A DNA stretch of 64,000 nucleotides from an uncultured Alphaproteobacteria bacterium (GCA_947175875.1 CAMWON010000005.1:4893-68892), one strand, 5' to 3'; shown: positions 38,472 to 50,933, numbered from the stretch's first letter. The notes: generated by a model from the letters alone, not told the origin. Numbers and translations are program-made.

Positions 38472-39479
38472 ATGAAACGCAGAAATTTTAAACAAAAAAA
38501 ATTTATAATTTGTTTTTTGCTGGGGCTGGCTGCGGCGCTTAGCGTATTTGTATATGTAATCGGCATTCGGTCGCCGTTGCGCGATACTGTTGTGATATCC
38601 GTTCCGCGCGGGGCCAGCGTATCTTATGTCGCGCGGCAATTGTCGGCGCGCGGCGCGATAGATTCCGCACCCGTATTCAAAATGTGCGTTCGTGCATTGG
38701 GCGGGCGCGTGCAAAGCGGTGAATATGAATTTGCGCCGGGGACCAGTGCGTGGCGACTGGCGCATATGCTGGCGACGGGGGATGTTGCGGCGACAACCGT
38801 CGTTATTCCAGAGGGGTTGACCGTACGCCAGATAAAGCAACTGCTGCTGCAGACGCCGGGGCTGACGGGCGCGGTGGAATGTGACAAGCCCAGCGAGATT
38901 GCCGTATGCAATCTGCGTGACGGAGACATTTTCCCGGATACGTACCGTGTGGCGCGCGGGACGTCGCGGTTGGCGCTGTTGGATTTGGCGCACAAAAAGA
39001 TGGAGGCCATACATGATGCGTGGCGCAGGGCAGGGCGTATCGCGCCGTCGCCGCTGGCGTCTTGGAATGATGTTATAACACTGGCCTCAATCGTTCAGAA
39101 AGAAACACCGCGTGCCGATGAAATGCCGATTGTGGCCAGTGTTTATGTCAACCGTCTGCGCCAGAACATGCGTCTGCAGGCGGACCCGACGGTTGTTTAT
39201 GCGCTGACCGACGGTCTGGGCGACATGCGGGGCGAGCCGCTGTTGCGCGGGCATTTGAAAACTGAAAGTCCTTATAATACATATATGCATAAAGGGTTGC
39301 CGCCGGCGCCGATTGCAAATGTCGGCCAGGCGGCAATCCGGGCGGTTTTGAAACCGGCGGATACTAACTATCTGTTCTTTGTGGCCGACGGGCGTGGCGG
39401 ACATCATTTTTCAAAATCCTATGAGCAGCACATGCGGCATCACGCCGACTGGCGCGCAATAAAAAAAAGTAGAAATTAA
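38472..39479 (+). CDS. mltG: Endolytic transglycosylase
   Basis: IPEGLT, FPDTY, LASIVQKE, LQADPTV.Y, SPYNTY...GLPPAPIAN, YLFFVADG.GGH.F. Confidence 0.95.
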   Translation: MKRRNFKQKKFIICFLLGLAAALSVFVYVIGIRSPLRDTVVISVPRGASVSYVARQLSARGAIDSAPVFKMCVRALGGRVQSGEYEFAPGTSAWRLAHMLATGDVAATTVVIPEGLTVRQIKQLLLQTPGLTGAVECDKPSEIAVCNLRDGDIFPDTYRVARGTSRLALLDLAHKKMEAIHDAWRRAGRIAPSPLASWNDVITLASIVQKETPRADEMPIVASVYVNRLRQNMRLQADPTVVYALTDGLGDMRGEPLLRGHLKTESPYNTYMHKGLPPAPIANVGQAAIRAVLKPADTNYLFFVADGRGGHHFSKSYEQHMRHHADWRAIKKSRN

Positions 39480-39743
39480 GTGCTTGTGTCTGCAAATTCA
39501 TTAAAAATCATAATGATTTAATGTTGGGGGCCTTTAAAGGCCTGCGTGTCAAAAATCCCCGGTATTCCGGGGATTTTTATATAATCTTGTGGGAAGAATT
39601 TCCGATTCGCAGCCGTGCGAGCATATCATATTTTTGTCTGTTTTGCAAAAATCTTTTCCCTTGCGGGCGGCTTTGGACGGATAGTAAAATATTCATAAGC
39701 TAGAAACAAAATCTAGTTAATAACCTTAAGGAAAGGATAAAGT

Positions 39744-40529
39744 ATGAAAAAGTTCGTATTAACATCTTTGATGGCTGTGTTCGCGGTTTCCGGCGCGCAT
39801 GCGGCAAATGTTATAAATGATAATCCGTTGTATCGTCCGGAGGCTGGTAAGTTTTACAGCATGACGTCTGTTGCCTCTCATACCAAGAACAGCAAAAACG
39901 TTGGTCTGGCAGAAGATTTTGGTTATGGTATCACGGACCGTTTGGCGGTTGGTGTTTCAACAACAGCGGCCCAGTCCGACTGGTTTGATATGTCTTCGTG
40001 GAACGATTTCGCATTTGGCGTAAATTATCGTGCGCTGGATATGGGCAACTGGAAAGGCGATGTCTTTGGTGCGTATACTGTAAATTCCATTTTGCCGTAC
40101 CGTGGTTCTTTCCTGGACAAGGATGCAACATGGTATAACTGGACAGTTGGTGCGCGTGCCGGTTATGAAATGGCGGGTTGGTCGGTCGCTGGTCACATCG
40201 CATTTGACTATGCGAATTCGGAATCCTTTAACTGGAATGATGAAGGAATTCATTCGTTGCGTGCCGGGCTGACAGGGTTGCTGTCGCTGAACTCTAACTG
40301 GAGCTTGGTTGCCGGTGTTGAATATAGCACAATCTTGGATGATGAAATCAATCATATGAAGATTGAGCATCCGGGTCAGTGGGATGGTACTTTTGGCGTG
40401 AACTATAACATTGACTCTGACAAATTTGTCGGTGCGTATATTTCCAAGACAATGGATCATGACGCCGCCGGTGATTGGGATGTTGAAGACGGCTTTGGCT
40501 TTGGTGCCAAGTTCGGTATTCAGTTCTAA
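39744..40529 (+). CDS. Outer-membrane beta-barrel protein
   Basis: Signal peptide, amphipathic strands, C-terminal KFGIQF. Confidence 0.75.
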   Translation: MKKFVLTSLMAVFAVSGAHAANVINDNPLYRPEAGKFYSMTSVASHTKNSKNVGLAEDFGYGITDRLAVGVSTTAAQSDWFDMSSWNDFAFGVNYRALDMGNWKGDVFGAYTVNSILPYRGSFLDKDATWYNWTVGARAGYEMAGWSVAGHIAFDYANSESFNWNDEGIHSLRAGLTGLLSLNSNWSLVAGVEYSTILDDEINHMKIEHPGQWDGTFGVNYNIDSDKFVGAYISKTMDHDAAGDWDVEDGFGFGAKFGIQF

Positions 40530-40710
40530 TTTGACTGTCAAAAAAAACACCCCCCGACCATCTTGGTTGGGGGTGTTTTATACAAACTCAAAAAATGTAT
40601 AGTTTTTTGCGTGTACTAAATGATTTTTTGTGTCTTTGGTGTAATTGATAAATCCCCCAAATTTCGGGGCTTTTGTATTTATTCCTTTATTATTTTTTCC
40701 TAGATTTTTC

Positions 40711-40739
40711 TTGACAATATCGGGGGGGGCGGTTATAGT
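40711..40739 (+). promoter_or_regulatory. Sigma70 promoter of the str operon
   Basis: TTGACA-17 nt (including G8)-TATAGT. Confidence 0.8.
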
Positions 40740-40889
40740 ATGTTCGCTTTCCGTGTAAATAAGGAAAGAAAAAACACAGAAATCTGCACGGTTGACGGAT
40801 TTATAATCACGGGGCATGCCCGGTGAAATAAGTCTGGCGGGCAGTTTTTGTGCGGACAAAAAGGTGTAAGGAAAACAAAGAGATTTTGA

Positions 40890-41261
40890 ATGCCAACAGT
40901 AAACCAACTGATTCGGAAACCGCGTAAGAAGGTCGTCGTAAAATCCACGGCGCCTGATATGGTCGAGTGTCCGCAGAAGCGTGGCGTTTGCACACGCGTT
41001 TATACAACCACGCCTAAGAAACCTAACTCGGCGCAGCGTAAGGTTGCCCGTGTTAAGCTGGCGAACGGTCGCGAAGTGACCGCATACATCCCGGGCGAAG
41101 GCCACAATCTGCAGGAACATAGCGTTGTTATGATCCGCGGCGGCCGCGTAAAGGACTTGCCGGGTGTAAAATATCACATCATTCGTGGTGTCTTGGATAC
41201 CAAGGGTGTTGATAGCCGCAAGCAGGGTCGTTCTTTGTATGGTGCAAAGGTAAAGAAATAA
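40890..41261 (+). CDS. rpsL: 30S ribosomal protein S12
   Basis: [28 protein letters not shown]. Confidence 0.98.
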   Translation: MPTVNQLIRKPRKKVVVKSTAPDMVECPQKRGVCTRVYTTTPKKPNSAQRKVARVKLANGREVTAYIPGEGHNLQEHSVVMIRGGRVKDLPGVKYHIIRGVLDTKGVDSRKQGRSLYGAKVKK

Positions 41262-41331
41262 AAAACAAACATGCGGCAAGGCTGCATGAGTAATCCGGAA
41301 AACGGGTGAAGAACAAAAAGGAAAAGCAAAA

Positions 41332-41805
41332 ATGTCAAGACGTAAAGGCGCAGCGAAACGAGAAATTCTGCCAGATTCCAAATATAATAATCTGGTTGTT
41401 GCAAAATTGATTAACGTTGTTATGTGGGACGGCAAGAAAGAAGTTGCCGAAAATATCGTTTACGGTGCGATGGATGAACTGAAGAAAATCGCGAAAGACG
41501 GTGATGAACTGACCGCATTGTTGGAAGCGGTGGATGCATTGAAGCCGTCCGTTGAAGTAAAGGGTCGCCGTGTTGGCGGTGCGACTTATCAGGTTCCGGT
41601 TGAAGTTCGCTCGGCGCGTCAGCAGACATTGGCTTTGCGCTGGTGTGTTATGTTTGCACGCAAACGTGGCGAACGCACAATGAAAGACCGTCTGTTCGGT
41701 GAACTGCGTGATGCTTTGAACGGCCAGGGTGGCGCGTTCAAGAAAAAGATTGATACGCATAAGATGGCCGAAGCGAATAAGGCGTTTGCTCACTTCCGCT
41801 GGTAA
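41332..41805 (+). CDS. rpsG: 30S ribosomal protein S7
   Basis: [24 protein letters not shown]. Confidence 0.98.
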   Translation: MSRRKGAAKREILPDSKYNNLVVAKLINVVMWDGKKEVAENIVYGAMDELKKIAKDGDELTALLEAVDALKPSVEVKGRRVGGATYQVPVEVRSARQQTLALRWCVMFARKRGERTMKDRLFGELRDALNGQGGAFKKKIDTHKMAEANKAFAHFRW

Positions 41806-41844
41806 TTTAAACAAAGAAAGACAATTTAAAATAAGGAAAGACAC

Positions 41845-43926
41845 ATGTCTGTTGGAAAAACCGCTCCTTTGCATATGTACCGCAATATCGGCATTATGGC
41901 CCATATTGACGCTGGTAAAACCACAACATCTGAACGTATTTTGTTCTATACCGGTAAAAGCTATAAAATCGGTGAAGTACATGACGGGGCAGCTACAATG
42001 GACTGGATGGCCCAGGAACAGGAACGCGGTATTACGATTACATCCGCCGCGACAACCTGCTTTTGGCGCGACCATCGTATCAATTTGATTGATACCCCGG
42101 GGCACGTTGACTTTACAATGGAAGTGGAACGTTCCCTGCGCGTATTGGACGGTGCGGTTGCGGTTTTTGAATCCGTGTCCGGTGTTCAGCCGCAGACGGA
42201 AACCGTATGGCGCCAGGCTGATCGTTATAATGTTCCGCGTATCTGCTTTATTAACAAGATGGACCGTATCGGCGGAAACTTCTTCCGTTGCGTTGATATG
42301 ATTCGTGAACGTTTGGGTGCAAATCCGCTGGTTTTGAATTTCCCGATTGGTGCGGAATCCGATTTCAAGGGCGTTGTTGACGTTCTGGAAATGAAGGGCA
42401 TCGTTTGGGAAGATGAAAACGGTAGCAATCCGGTTATCGTTGATATTCCCGAAGATTTGAAGGCAAAGGCCGAAGAACTGCACAACCGCCTGATTGAAGA
42501 GGTTGTGACTTTGGACGACGCCGTGATGGAAGCCTATATGGAAGGTAACACGCCCGACCATGACACAATCAAGAAGTTGTTGCGCAAGGGCACGATTGCT
42601 CAGAACTTTGTTCCTGTAATGTGCGGTTCCGCGTTTAAGAACAAGGGTGTTCAGCCGCTGTTGGACGCGATTGTAGATTATCTGCCGAGCCCGCTGGATA
42701 TTCCGGCTATTAAGGGTACAAAGATGGACGGCGAAACCGTGGCGGAACGTAAGCCTGATGCAAAAGAGCCGTTCAGCGCATTGGCGTTTAAGGTTGCAAA
42801 TGACCCGTTCGTTGGAAACCTGATGTTTATTCGTATTTATTCAGGTAAGTTAACATCCGGTTCATATGTATATAATTCCAACCGCGATAAGCGTGAACGT
42901 GTTGGCCGTATGTTGCTGATGCATGCAAATAATCGTGAAGAAATTAAAGAAGCGACAGCCGGTGATATTGTTACTTTGGTTGGTATGAAGGAAACAATTA
43001 CTGGTGACACACTGTGTGACGAATCGAATCCGATTATCTTGGAAAACATTCATGTTCCGGAGCCGGTTATCAGCATTGCTGTTGAACCGAAAACCAAGGC
43101 TGACATTGAAAAGATGTCTTTGGGCCTGCAGGCGCTGGCGAAGGAAGATCCGTCGTTCCGTGTATCTGTTGACGAAGAATCCGGTCAGACGATTCTGGCG
43201 GGTGTTGGTGAACTGCATCTGGAAATTCTGGTTGACCGTCTGCTGCGTGAATTCAAGGTTGACGTTGCCGTGGGTGAACCGCGTATCGCATACCGCGAAA
43301 CATTCCGCAAGGCGATTACCGAAGAATACACCCATAAAAAGCAGTCCGGTGGTTCTGGTCAGTATGCTCAGGTTAAGATTGAATTCGAACCTGTGGAACC
43401 GGGTGAAGGATATTCGTTTGAAAACAAGATTGTTGGTGGTGCTATTCCGAAAGAATATATCCCCGGCGTTGAAAAGGGTTTGAAGATAGCTCAGCAGACA
43501 GGTGTTCTGATTGGCTATCCTACTGTGGATTTCAAGGCTACATTGGTAGATGGTAAGTATCACGAAGTCGACTCCAATGTATTGTGCTTTGAAATTGCGG
43601 CGCGTGCCTGCTTCCGCGAAGCGATGAAAAAGGCCTCGCCAAAATTGTTGGAACCGATTATGAAGCTTTCGGTAAATACTCCGGAAGAGTACGTCGGTGA
43701 CATCATCGGGGACCTGAACAGTCGCCGCGGTCAGATTAACGGTATTGAAACCCAGTTCGGCAATCAGCTGATTTCGGCTTTCGTGCCGCTGGCTAATCTG
43801 TTCGGATACGTCAAGACATTGCGTTCTTTGTCACAGGGCCGTGCAAATCCGTATATGGAATTGTCGCACTATGCCGAAGTTCCGTCTAACGTTGCAGACG
43901 AAGTTATAAAAAAGCTGACAAAATAA
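41845..43926 (+). CDS. fusA: Elongation factor G
   Basis: [32 protein letters not shown]. Confidence 0.98.
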   Translation: MSVGKTAPLHMYRNIGIMAHIDAGKTTTSERILFYTGKSYKIGEVHDGAATMDWMAQEQERGITITSAATTCFWRDHRINLIDTPGHVDFTMEVERSLRVLDGAVAVFESVSGVQPQTETVWRQADRYNVPRICFINKMDRIGGNFFRCVDMIRERLGANPLVLNFPIGAESDFKGVVDVLEMKGIVWEDENGSNPVIVDIPEDLKAKAEELHNRLIEEVVTLDDAVMEAYMEGNTPDHDTIKKLLRKGTIAQNFVPVMCGSAFKNKGVQPLLDAIVDYLPSPLDIPAIKGTKMDGETVAERKPDAKEPFSALAFKVANDPFVGNLMFIRIYSGKLTSGSYVYNSNRDKRERVGRMLLMHANNREEIKEATAGDIVTLVGMKETITGDTLCDESNPIILENIHVPEPVISIAVEPKTKADIEKMSLGLQALAKEDPSFRVSVDEESGQTILAGVGELHLEILVDRLLREFKVDVAVGEPRIAYRETFRKAITEEYTHKKQSGGSGQYAQVKIEFEPVEPGEGYSFENKIVGGAIPKEYIPGVEKGLKIAQQTGVLIGYPTVDFKATLVDGKYHEVDSNVLCFEIAARACFREAMKKASPKLLEPIMKLSVNTPEEYVGDIIGDLNSRRGQINGIETQFGNQLISAFVPLANLFGYVKTLRSLSQGRANPYMELSHYAEVPSNVADEVIKKLTK

Positions 43927-43970
43927 AAATAGAGTTTTAAACTAAACAAGCAAAGCCTAAGGAGAAAACT

Positions 43971-45158
43971 ATGGCAAAAGAAAAGTACGTAAGAACCAAG
44001 CCGCATGTTAACATCGGTACCATTGGTCACGTTGACCACGGTAAAACGACGACAACTGCAGCTATTGTACAGTGTTATGGTGTTGGTGCTGACAAATCGA
44101 AGGGCGTTAACGAAATTGATAACGCGCCGGAAGAAAAGGCACGTGGTATAACAATTAACACAGCTCACGTTGAATACGAAACAGAAACGCGTCACTATGC
44201 TCACGTTGACTGCCCGGGACACGCCGACTATGTTAAAAACATGATTACCGGTGCCGCGCAGATGGACGGTGCTATCTTGGTGGTTGCTGCGACAGACGGT
44301 CCGATGCCTCAGACTCGCGAACACATTCTGTTGGCGCGCCAGGTAGGTATTCCGAAAATCGTTGTTTTCCTGAACAAGTGCGATTTGGCGAACGATCCGG
44401 AATTGTTGGAATTGGTTGAAATGGAAATCCGTGAACTGTTGTCCGCGAATGATTTCGACGGTGACAATGCTCCGATTATCCGTGGTTCTGCTATCTCCGC
44501 TCTGGAAGGCAAGAACGACGGTCTGGGCAAAGAAGCCATTGACGCTCTGTTGAAGGCATGTGACGAATACATCCCGATGCCGGAGCGTCCGGTTGACAAG
44601 CCGTTCTTGATGCCGATTGAAGACGTATTCTCTATCACAGGTCGTGGTACCGTGGTAACTGGCCGTATCGAATCCGGTGTTATCAAGGTTGGTGACGAAT
44701 GCGAAATCGTTGGTCTGCGTCCGACACAGAAAACAACTGTTACCGGTGTTGAAATGTTCCGCAAATTGCTGGATCAGGGTGAAGCCGGTGATAACGTAGG
44801 TCTGTTGTTGCGTGGTACAAAGAAAGAAGATGTTGAACGTGGTCAGATTATCTGCAAACCGGGTTCCATCACACCGCACACAGAATTCGAAGCTGAAGTT
44901 TATATCTTGACGAAAGACGAAGGTGGACGTCATACAGCGTTCTTCTCCAACTATCGCCCTCAGTTCTACTTCAGCACAACTGACGTAACTGGTACAATCA
45001 CTTTGCCGGCTGACAAAGAAATGGTTCTGCCGGGTGACAACGTTCGTATCACGGTGCAGCTGATTGCTCCGATTGCTATGAGCGAAGGTCGTCGCTTTGC
45101 TATCCGCGAAGGCGGTCGCACGGTTGGCGCCGGTGTTGTATCGAAGATTATCAAATAA
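43971..45158 (+). CDS. tuf: Elongation factor Tu
   Basis: [40 protein letters not shown]. Confidence 0.98.
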   Translation: MAKEKYVRTKPHVNIGTIGHVDHGKTTTTAAIVQCYGVGADKSKGVNEIDNAPEEKARGITINTAHVEYETETRHYAHVDCPGHADYVKNMITGAAQMDGAILVVAATDGPMPQTREHILLARQVGIPKIVVFLNKCDLANDPELLELVEMEIRELLSANDFDGDNAPIIRGSAISALEGKNDGLGKEAIDALLKACDEYIPMPERPVDKPFLMPIEDVFSITGRGTVVTGRIESGVIKVGDECEIVGLRPTQKTTVTGVEMFRKLLDQGEAGDNVGLLLRGTKKEDVERGQIICKPGSITPHTEFEAEVYILTKDEGGRHTAFFSNYRPQFYFSTTDVTGTITLPADKEMVLPGDNVRITVQLIAPIAMSEGRRFAIREGGRTVGAGVVSKIIK

Positions 45159-45236
45159 TACAACCAACGGGTCGGTGTAATCGGCTGAGATACTGCCGGT
45201 GATTACCGGCCCGGATAAAAATAAGGAAACGAACAA

Positions 45237-45548
45237 ATGGTACCTGCATCTAAAATTCGCATCAAGTTGACGGCTTTTGACCACAGAGTCTTGATGGAAT
45301 CTGTTGAGGAAATTGTCAAAACTGCAAAGCGCACCGGTGCGGATGTCGTTGGACCCGTTCGCTTGCCGACTTTGATTCAGAAATTTACGGTGAACCGTTC
45401 TCCGCACGTCGACAAGAAGTCGCGTGAACAGTTCGAAATCCGCAATCATAAGGCGGTAATCGATATTGTGAACCCAACCCCTCAGACTGTTGATGCTTTG
45501 ATGAAGTTGGATTTGGCGTCCGGTGTTGACGTAAAGATTAAATTATAA
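45237..45548 (+). CDS. rpsJ: 30S ribosomal protein S10
   Basis: [14 protein letters not shown]. Confidence 0.97.
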   Translation: MVPASKIRIKLTAFDHRVLMESVEEIVKTAKRTGADVVGPVRLPTLIQKFTVNRSPHVDKKSREQFEIRNHKAVIDIVNPTPQTVDALMKLDLASGVDVKIKL

Positions 45549-45616
45549 GGCTGTTAGGTTGGGCGGCGAAAAGGATATGCACAGTCCAACCTCTGACATA
45601 AAAAAAGGCAACAAAA

Positions 45617-46327
45617 ATGAAACGTAGCGGATTAATTACAACAAAAATAGGAATGACGCGTCTGTATGACGACGCGGGGGCGGCCCATGCGGTGACGGTC
45701 CTGGCGGTCGGCGATTGTACAGTTATCGGAAATCGTACGGCGGACAAGAACGGTTATATCGCAAATATCGTGGGTATGCGCGAAGCCAAGGCTAAACATA
45801 TTGCAAAACCCCAGGCGGTCGCAGCAGAAAAGGCGGGTGTTAAACCATTCCGCAAGGTTGTTGAATTCCGCGTATCCGAAGATTGCGTTATCCCGGTGGG
45901 AACAGCGCTGAATGCAGAACATTTTGTTGCCGGCCAATTTGTTGATGTTCAGGCGACAAGCAAGGGTAAGGGATTCCAGGGCGCGATGAAGCGTCATAAT
46001 TTCGGCGGTAAAGAAGCGACACACGGTGTTTTGAAGGCGCATCGTTCCATCGGTGGTACGGGTATGCGTGAATGGCCGGGTCGTGTTCTGAAAGGCAAAA
46101 AGATGGCCGGTCAGATGGGTAATGAAACCGTTACGGTTCAGAACCTGAAAGTCTTTGGCACAGATGCGGCGGATAACTTGATTTTCGTCGAAGGTGCAGT
46201 TCCGGGTGCAAACGGCACATTCGTATTGGTAACCGATGCGATTAAGAAGGAACATAAAGACCTGCCGATGCCGACAAAAATGGCTGAAACAGCAAAAGCA
46301 ACCGAAGCAGAAGCTGTTGCGGAATAA
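45617..46327 (+). CDS. rplC: 50S ribosomal protein L3
   Basis: SKGKGFQGAMKRHNF, KGKKMAGQMG. Confidence 0.97.
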   Translation: MKRSGLITTKIGMTRLYDDAGAAHAVTVLAVGDCTVIGNRTADKNGYIANIVGMREAKAKHIAKPQAVAAEKAGVKPFRKVVEFRVSEDCVIPVGTALNAEHFVAGQFVDVQATSKGKGFQGAMKRHNFGGKEATHGVLKAHRSIGGTGMREWPGRVLKGKKMAGQMGNETVTVQNLKVFGTDAADNLIFVEGAVPGANGTFVLVTDAIKKEHKDLPMPTKMAETAKATEAEAVAE

Positions 46328-46357
46328 TAACAGCGACAGAAGAGTAAGGTGAATAAA

Positions 46358-46978
46358 ATGCAAATAGATATTGTAAATTTTGATGGAAAATCGGTCGGCA
46401 AAGTTGAACTGTCGGACCAGATATTCGGTTTGGAACCCCGTGCGGACATCTTGCATCGCGTTGTTACATGGCAGCGCGCCAAGTCTCGCGCCGGTACACA
46501 TGCGGTAAAGACCGTATCTGATGTCGAAGGCAGCGGCAAGAAAGCTTTCAAGCAGAAAAAGACGGGTAATGCACGCCAGGGTGAAAAATATAATGTTCAC
46601 ATGCGTGGCGGTGGTGTTGTTCATGGACCGGTTGTACGCGACCACTCTATTGACCTGCCGAAAAAAGTACGCGCATTGGGCTTGAAAATGGCTCTGTCGT
46701 CCAAAATGAAAGAGGGCAGCTTGGTTGTTATCGACTCTGAAAAGTTGTCGGCGGCAAAAACGGGTGCTTTCGCGAAACAGCTGAAAAAACTGAATCTGAC
46801 ATCGGCGTTGTTTGTCGGTGCAGACAGCTTGGACGAAAACTTCAAGAAATCTGCGGCAAATATCGCCAATGTTGATGCGTTGCCGACGATTGGTCTGAAT
46901 GTTTTGGATATTCTGAAGCATGAAAAATTGGTTTTGACAGCCGACGCGGTCAAAGCGGTAGAAGCAAGATTGGCATAA
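46358..46978 (+). CDS. rplD: 50S ribosomal protein L4
   Basis: QKKTGNARQG, RGGGVVHGP; ATG after AAGGTG. Confidence 0.96.
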   Translation: MQIDIVNFDGKSVGKVELSDQIFGLEPRADILHRVVTWQRAKSRAGTHAVKTVSDVEGSGKKAFKQKKTGNARQGEKYNVHMRGGGVVHGPVVRDHSIDLPKKVRALGLKMALSSKMKEGSLVVIDSEKLSAAKTGAFAKQLKKLNLTSALFVGADSLDENFKKSAANIANVDALPTIGLNVLDILKHEKLVLTADAVKAVEARLA

Positions 46979-46997
46979 TTAAACAAGGGTCAATGAA

Positions 46998-47330
46998 ATG
47001 GCAGAAAAAAAAGTTAGTACAGAGAAAAAAATCGTTGCGACCGCTGGTACTTATGGTATACTGCGTCGTCCGATAATCTCGGAAAAGGCAGCAAAACTGT
47101 CTGAAAACAACAGCGTGGCTTTCGAAGTTGCGATTGAAGCGACCAAGGAAGACGTTGCTCGTGCCGTTCAGGCCATCTACAATGTAAAGCCGACCAAGGT
47201 TAACATTGTGGTGACAAAAGGGAAGGTTAAAACTTTCCGTGGACGCAGCACAGGCACACAGCGCACTGTTAAAAAGGCATATGTGTCCTTGCCGGCAGAT
47301 GCAAAATTGGATTTGTCCGCAAACATATAA
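46998..47330 (+). CDS. rplW: 50S ribosomal protein L23
   Basis: PIISEKA, KKAYVSL; operon position. Confidence 0.95.
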   Translation: MAEKKVSTEKKIVATAGTYGILRRPIISEKAAKLSENNSVAFEVAIEATKEDVARAVQAIYNVKPTKVNIVVTKGKVKTFRGRSTGTQRTVKKAYVSLPADAKLDLSANI

Positions 47331-47404
47331 TAATTGAACCGTTCTGGCAGAGAATCCGGATTTCTGGACGTTAGTGTCAGAACAGAAACAAAGGTAAGAA
47401 AAAA

Positions 47405-48238
47405 ATGGCATTAAAGCATTATAAGCCGAATACGCCGGGTATGCGCGGGTTAACACAGGTTGACCGCAGTGAATTGCACCGCGGCGCGCCGGAAAAATCG
47501 CTGACCGTTGGTTTGAAGTCCAAGGGTGGTCGCAATAATTTCGGCCATGTGACTGTTATGCATCAGGGCGGCGGTCACAAACGTAAATATCGTTTGATTG
47601 ATTTTAATCGTAAAAAGACCGGTATTCCGGCAACTGTTGTTCGCCTGGAATACGATCCGAACCGTACCGCTTTTATCGCATTGATTGAATATACCGACGG
47701 CGTTCGCTCCTATATCTTGGCGCCGCGCGATTTGAAGGTTGGTGATACGGTTATCTCCGGCGCACGTGAAGACATCAAGCCGGGTAATGCAATGCCTTTG
47801 AAGAATATGCCGATTGGTACAATCGTGCACAACGTCGAACTGAAACCGGGTGCCGGCGGTCAGTTGGCGCGCAGTGCCGGTTGCTATGCCCAGTTGATGG
47901 GTAAAGACGGCGTATATGCCCAGATTAAGATGAACAGCGGTGAGTTGCGCAAGGTTCATTCGGACTGTCTGGCGACAGTGGGCAGCGTTTCGAACCCGGA
48001 CCAGCGTAATGTTAACCTGGGTAAGGCGGGTCGTGCACGCTGGTTGGGTATCCGTCCGTCCGTCCGCGGTATGGCGATGAACCCGAACGATCACCCGATG
48101 GGTGGTGGTAACGGTCACTCGAAGGGTCACGAACCTGTATCTCGTACAGGTATTCCGGCCAAGGGTTACCGCACTCGTAGCAACAAGCGCACTGCTAAGA
48201 TGATTATCCGCAGCAGACATTTGGCAAAGAAGAAATAA
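47405..48238 (+). CDS. rplB: 50S ribosomal protein L2
   Basis: [23 protein letters not shown]. Confidence 0.98.
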   Translation: MALKHYKPNTPGMRGLTQVDRSELHRGAPEKSLTVGLKSKGGRNNFGHVTVMHQGGGHKRKYRLIDFNRKKTGIPATVVRLEYDPNRTAFIALIEYTDGVRSYILAPRDLKVGDTVISGAREDIKPGNAMPLKNMPIGTIVHNVELKPGAGGQLARSAGCYAQLMGKDGVYAQIKMNSGELRKVHSDCLATVGSVSNPDQRNVNLGKAGRARWLGIRPSVRGMAMNPNDHPMGGGNGHSKGHEPVSRTGIPAKGYRTRSNKRTAKMIIRSRHLAKKK

Positions 48239-48296
48239 TAAAATAGGCCGGTAGCCTATATGGATGCCGGCCAAAGACAAAAAAACGGAGTTATTA

Positions 48297-48581
48297 ATGT
48301 CTCGTTCAGTTTGGAAAGGTCCTTATGTTCATCCCTCCGTCTTAAAGAAGACGGCTGCGGCGAATGAAAAGAATGACCACAAGCCGATAAAAACCTGGTC
48401 TCGTGGCAGCACGATTGTTCCCCCGATGGTTGGGTTGACCTTTGAAGTTCACAATGGCAATAAATTTATCCCGGTTGCAATCAGTGAAGACATGATTGGC
48501 CACAAATTGGGTGAATTTGCGCCGACACGTACGTTCAAAGGCCACGCCGCAAACAAGAAAGCCGCGGCAGGCAAGAAATAA
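48297..48581 (+). CDS. rpsS: 30S ribosomal protein S19
   Basis: [18 protein letters not shown]. Confidence 0.97.
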   Translation: MSRSVWKGPYVHPSVLKKTAAANEKNDHKPIKTWSRGSTIVPPMVGLTFEVHNGNKFIPVAISEDMIGHKLGEFAPTRTFKGHAANKKAAAGKK

Positions 48582-48593
48582 AGGTAAGCAGTT

Positions 48594-48998
48594 ATGACAA
48601 CGACAAGATATGGAATTAAAGAGAATCAGGTTCGTGCCTTTAACAAAATGATCCGCATCAGCCACCAGAAGTTGAACCTGGTGTGCGACATGGTTCGCGG
48701 ACTGCCGGTAGAGCGCGCGGTTGATGTCTTGAAATTTTCGAAGAAACGCGTTTCCGGTGAAGTTCTGAAAACTTTGCTGTCCGCGGTCGCCAATGCAGAA
48801 CACAACAAGAATCTGCCGGTCGACAGCCTGTTCATCAAAGAAATTTGGTGCGGCAAAGCGCTGACTATGAAACGTATTATGGCCGGTCCGCGCGGTAGTG
48901 CGCGTCCGATTTTGAAGCCGTTCTCGAATCTGACTATTGTGTTGGAATCGGGTGTGGCGCCGACCAAGAAAGCGAAAAAAGAAGCAAAAGCAAAATAA
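48594..48998 (+). CDS. rplV: 50S ribosomal protein L22
   Basis: SAVANAEHN; operon position. Confidence 0.95.
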   Translation: MTTTRYGIKENQVRAFNKMIRISHQKLNLVCDMVRGLPVERAVDVLKFSKKRVSGEVLKTLLSAVANAEHNKNLPVDSLFIKEIWCGKALTMKRIMAGPRGSARPILKPFSNLTIVLESGVAPTKKAKKEAKAK

Positions 48999-49086
48999 TA
49001 AAGCCAGGGAACGTGGTATGGAGCAATCCTGAATAAAACCTATATGGTTTCAAGAACACGGACCCTTAAAATAAGGAAAAAAGAAA

Positions 49087-49788
49087 ATGGGACAGAAAGT
49101 ATCGCCAATTTCACAGCGTCTGGGTATTAACAAGATTACAGACTCGCGCTGGATTGCCGGCAAAAAAGATTATGCCGCATTGGTTGCCGAGGATATTAAA
49201 ATCCGTAAATTTATTGAAAAGAAACTGAAGAAAGCCGGTCTGGCAAAAGTTGTTGTCGAACGCTTTGCCAAGAAAGTCGTTGTGACAATTCACACATCTC
49301 GTCCGGGTATGATTATCGGTAAGAACGGTGCGGATATCGAGGCTTTGCGCAATGATATCAAGAAATTGGTTAAGAATGACCAGGTTGTTGTGAACATTTA
49401 TGAAGTTCGCCGTCCTGATTTGAATGCCCAGTTGGTCGCGCAGAACATGGCTCAGCAGATTGAAGGTCGTGTATCGCCGAAGCGCGCCATGAAGAAAGCT
49501 GTTCAGAATGCCCAGAAAGCGGGCGCACAGGGTATCAAGGTTATGTGCTCTGGTCGACTGAACGGTGCGGAAATCGCGCGCAGCGAACAAATCCGCGAAG
49601 GACGTATTCCGTTGCACACATTGCGTGCGGACATCGACTATGCGTCCATTCAGGCGAAAACGACATATGGTGTTATCGGTGTAAAAGTTTGGATTTATAC
49701 CGGCGATGTCGTGAACAAGGAAAAGCTGGCGTCTGAAATGGCGAGACCCGCCGAATATGCCGGCAGCAGCGAAAGAAAGAGCAAGTAA
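49087..49788 (+). CDS. rpsC: 30S ribosomal protein S3
   Basis: MGQKVSP, GRLNGAEIARSE, PLHTLRADIDY. Confidence 0.97.
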   Translation: MGQKVSPISQRLGINKITDSRWIAGKKDYAALVAEDIKIRKFIEKKLKKAGLAKVVVERFAKKVVVTIHTSRPGMIIGKNGADIEALRNDIKKLVKNDQVVVNIYEVRRPDLNAQLVAQNMAQQIEGRVSPKRAMKKAVQNAQKAGAQGIKVMCSGRLNGAEIARSEQIREGRIPLHTLRADIDYASIQAKTTYGVIGVKVWIYTGDVVNKEKLASEMARPAEYAGSSERKSK

Positions 49789-49854
49789 TTTTTGTCGGCG
49801 CCTATATGGGGCCGGGGAAACAAAAATTGAAAAAGTAATAAAAGGTAGTTAATT

Positions 49855-50268
49855 ATGTTGATGCCAACAAAAACAAAATTTCGCAAACAGCACAAAGGCC
49901 GCATTCATGGTACGGCCAAAGGTGGTAGCGAATTGGCGTTCGGTTCTTTCGGACTGAAAGCTATGACTCCGGAACGCGTGACAGCCCGTCAGATCGAAGC
50001 GGCGCGTCGTGCAATCACACGTCACATGAAACGTATGGGTAAGCTGTGGATTCGCGTATTCCCAGATGTTCCGGTAACAAAGAAACCTGCCGAAGTTCGT
50101 ATGGGTAAAGGTAAGGGTGCGGTTGAATACTGGATTTGCCGTGTAAAGCCGGGCCGCATCATGTTCGAACTGGACGGTGTAAAGCCTGAAATCGCATACG
50201 AAGCGTTCGCATTGGCGGCGGCAAAATTGCCGGTAAAGACAAAGATTGTTGAACGTAAGGTTAACTAA
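49855..50268 (+). CDS. rplP: 50S ribosomal protein L16
   Basis: [12 protein letters not shown]. Confidence 0.97.
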   Translation: MLMPTKTKFRKQHKGRIHGTAKGGSELAFGSFGLKAMTPERVTARQIEAARRAITRHMKRMGKLWIRVFPDVPVTKKPAEVRMGKGKGAVEYWICRVKPGRIMFELDGVKPEIAYEAFALAAAKLPVKTKIVERKVN

Positions 50269-50315
50269 TAGAGGATTGCATTTTCTGGTAAGAGGGTGCA
50301 AAAAAGGTAGCTAAG

Positions 50316-50510
50316 ATGGCAGACAAGAAAGTTGAAAAAGAATCTTTGACGGTGGAAGCTTTGCAAAGCAAACTGGTTGATTTGAAGAAAGAACAGATGA
50401 ACCAGCGCTTCCAGCATGCCGCGGGCCAGATGCCGAAAACACATGTTATTCGTCAGACCCGTCGTGAAATTGCGCGCGTCAAAACAAAGCTGAATGCAGC
50501 AAAAAAATAA
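50316..50510 (+). CDS. rpmC: 50S ribosomal protein L29
   Basis: LKKEQMNQRFQ..RREIARVKT. Confidence 0.94.
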   Translation: MADKKVEKESLTVEALQSKLVDLKKEQMNQRFQHAAGQMPKTHVIRQTRREIARVKTKLNAAKK

Positions 50511-50663
50511 AAATTGCTGATTTTGGTTGATATTTTTAATTTTTTAGATATCATATGCCGAAATCGGTTAAAAAAACAAGTAAATTGACCGTCGGGTCTG
50601 GTTGCATGGCTTGCGCTGTGACGGCCGGAAACTGGGGGTTAAAACAGGTAAGGGACATAAGTT

Positions 50664-50933
50664 ATGCCAAGACGTATACTGCAGGGAACAGTTAAAAGTA
50701 CAGCAAACGACAAAACGGTTGTCGTTGAAGTGGAACGTCGTTTCCGCCACCCGCTGTATGGTAAGTTCGTGAAGCAGAATAAAAAGTACAAGGCGCACGA
50801 TGAAAACAACGAATTCAAAGTTGGCGACATTGTTGCGATTGAAGAACATCGTCCGATTTCCAAGACAAAATCTTGGGTCGTAAAGGGGCGCGTCGGCGTT
50901 TCCAAGAACGATGATGTTGAAGTAGTGGACTAA
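50664..50933 (+). CDS. rpsQ: 30S ribosomal protein S17
   Basis: HPLYGK, AHDENN, RPISKTK. Confidence 0.97.
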   Translation: MPRRILQGTVKSTANDKTVVVEVERRFRHPLYGKFVKQNKKYKAHDENNEFKVGDIVAIEEHRPISKTKSWVVKGRVGVSKNDDVEVVD

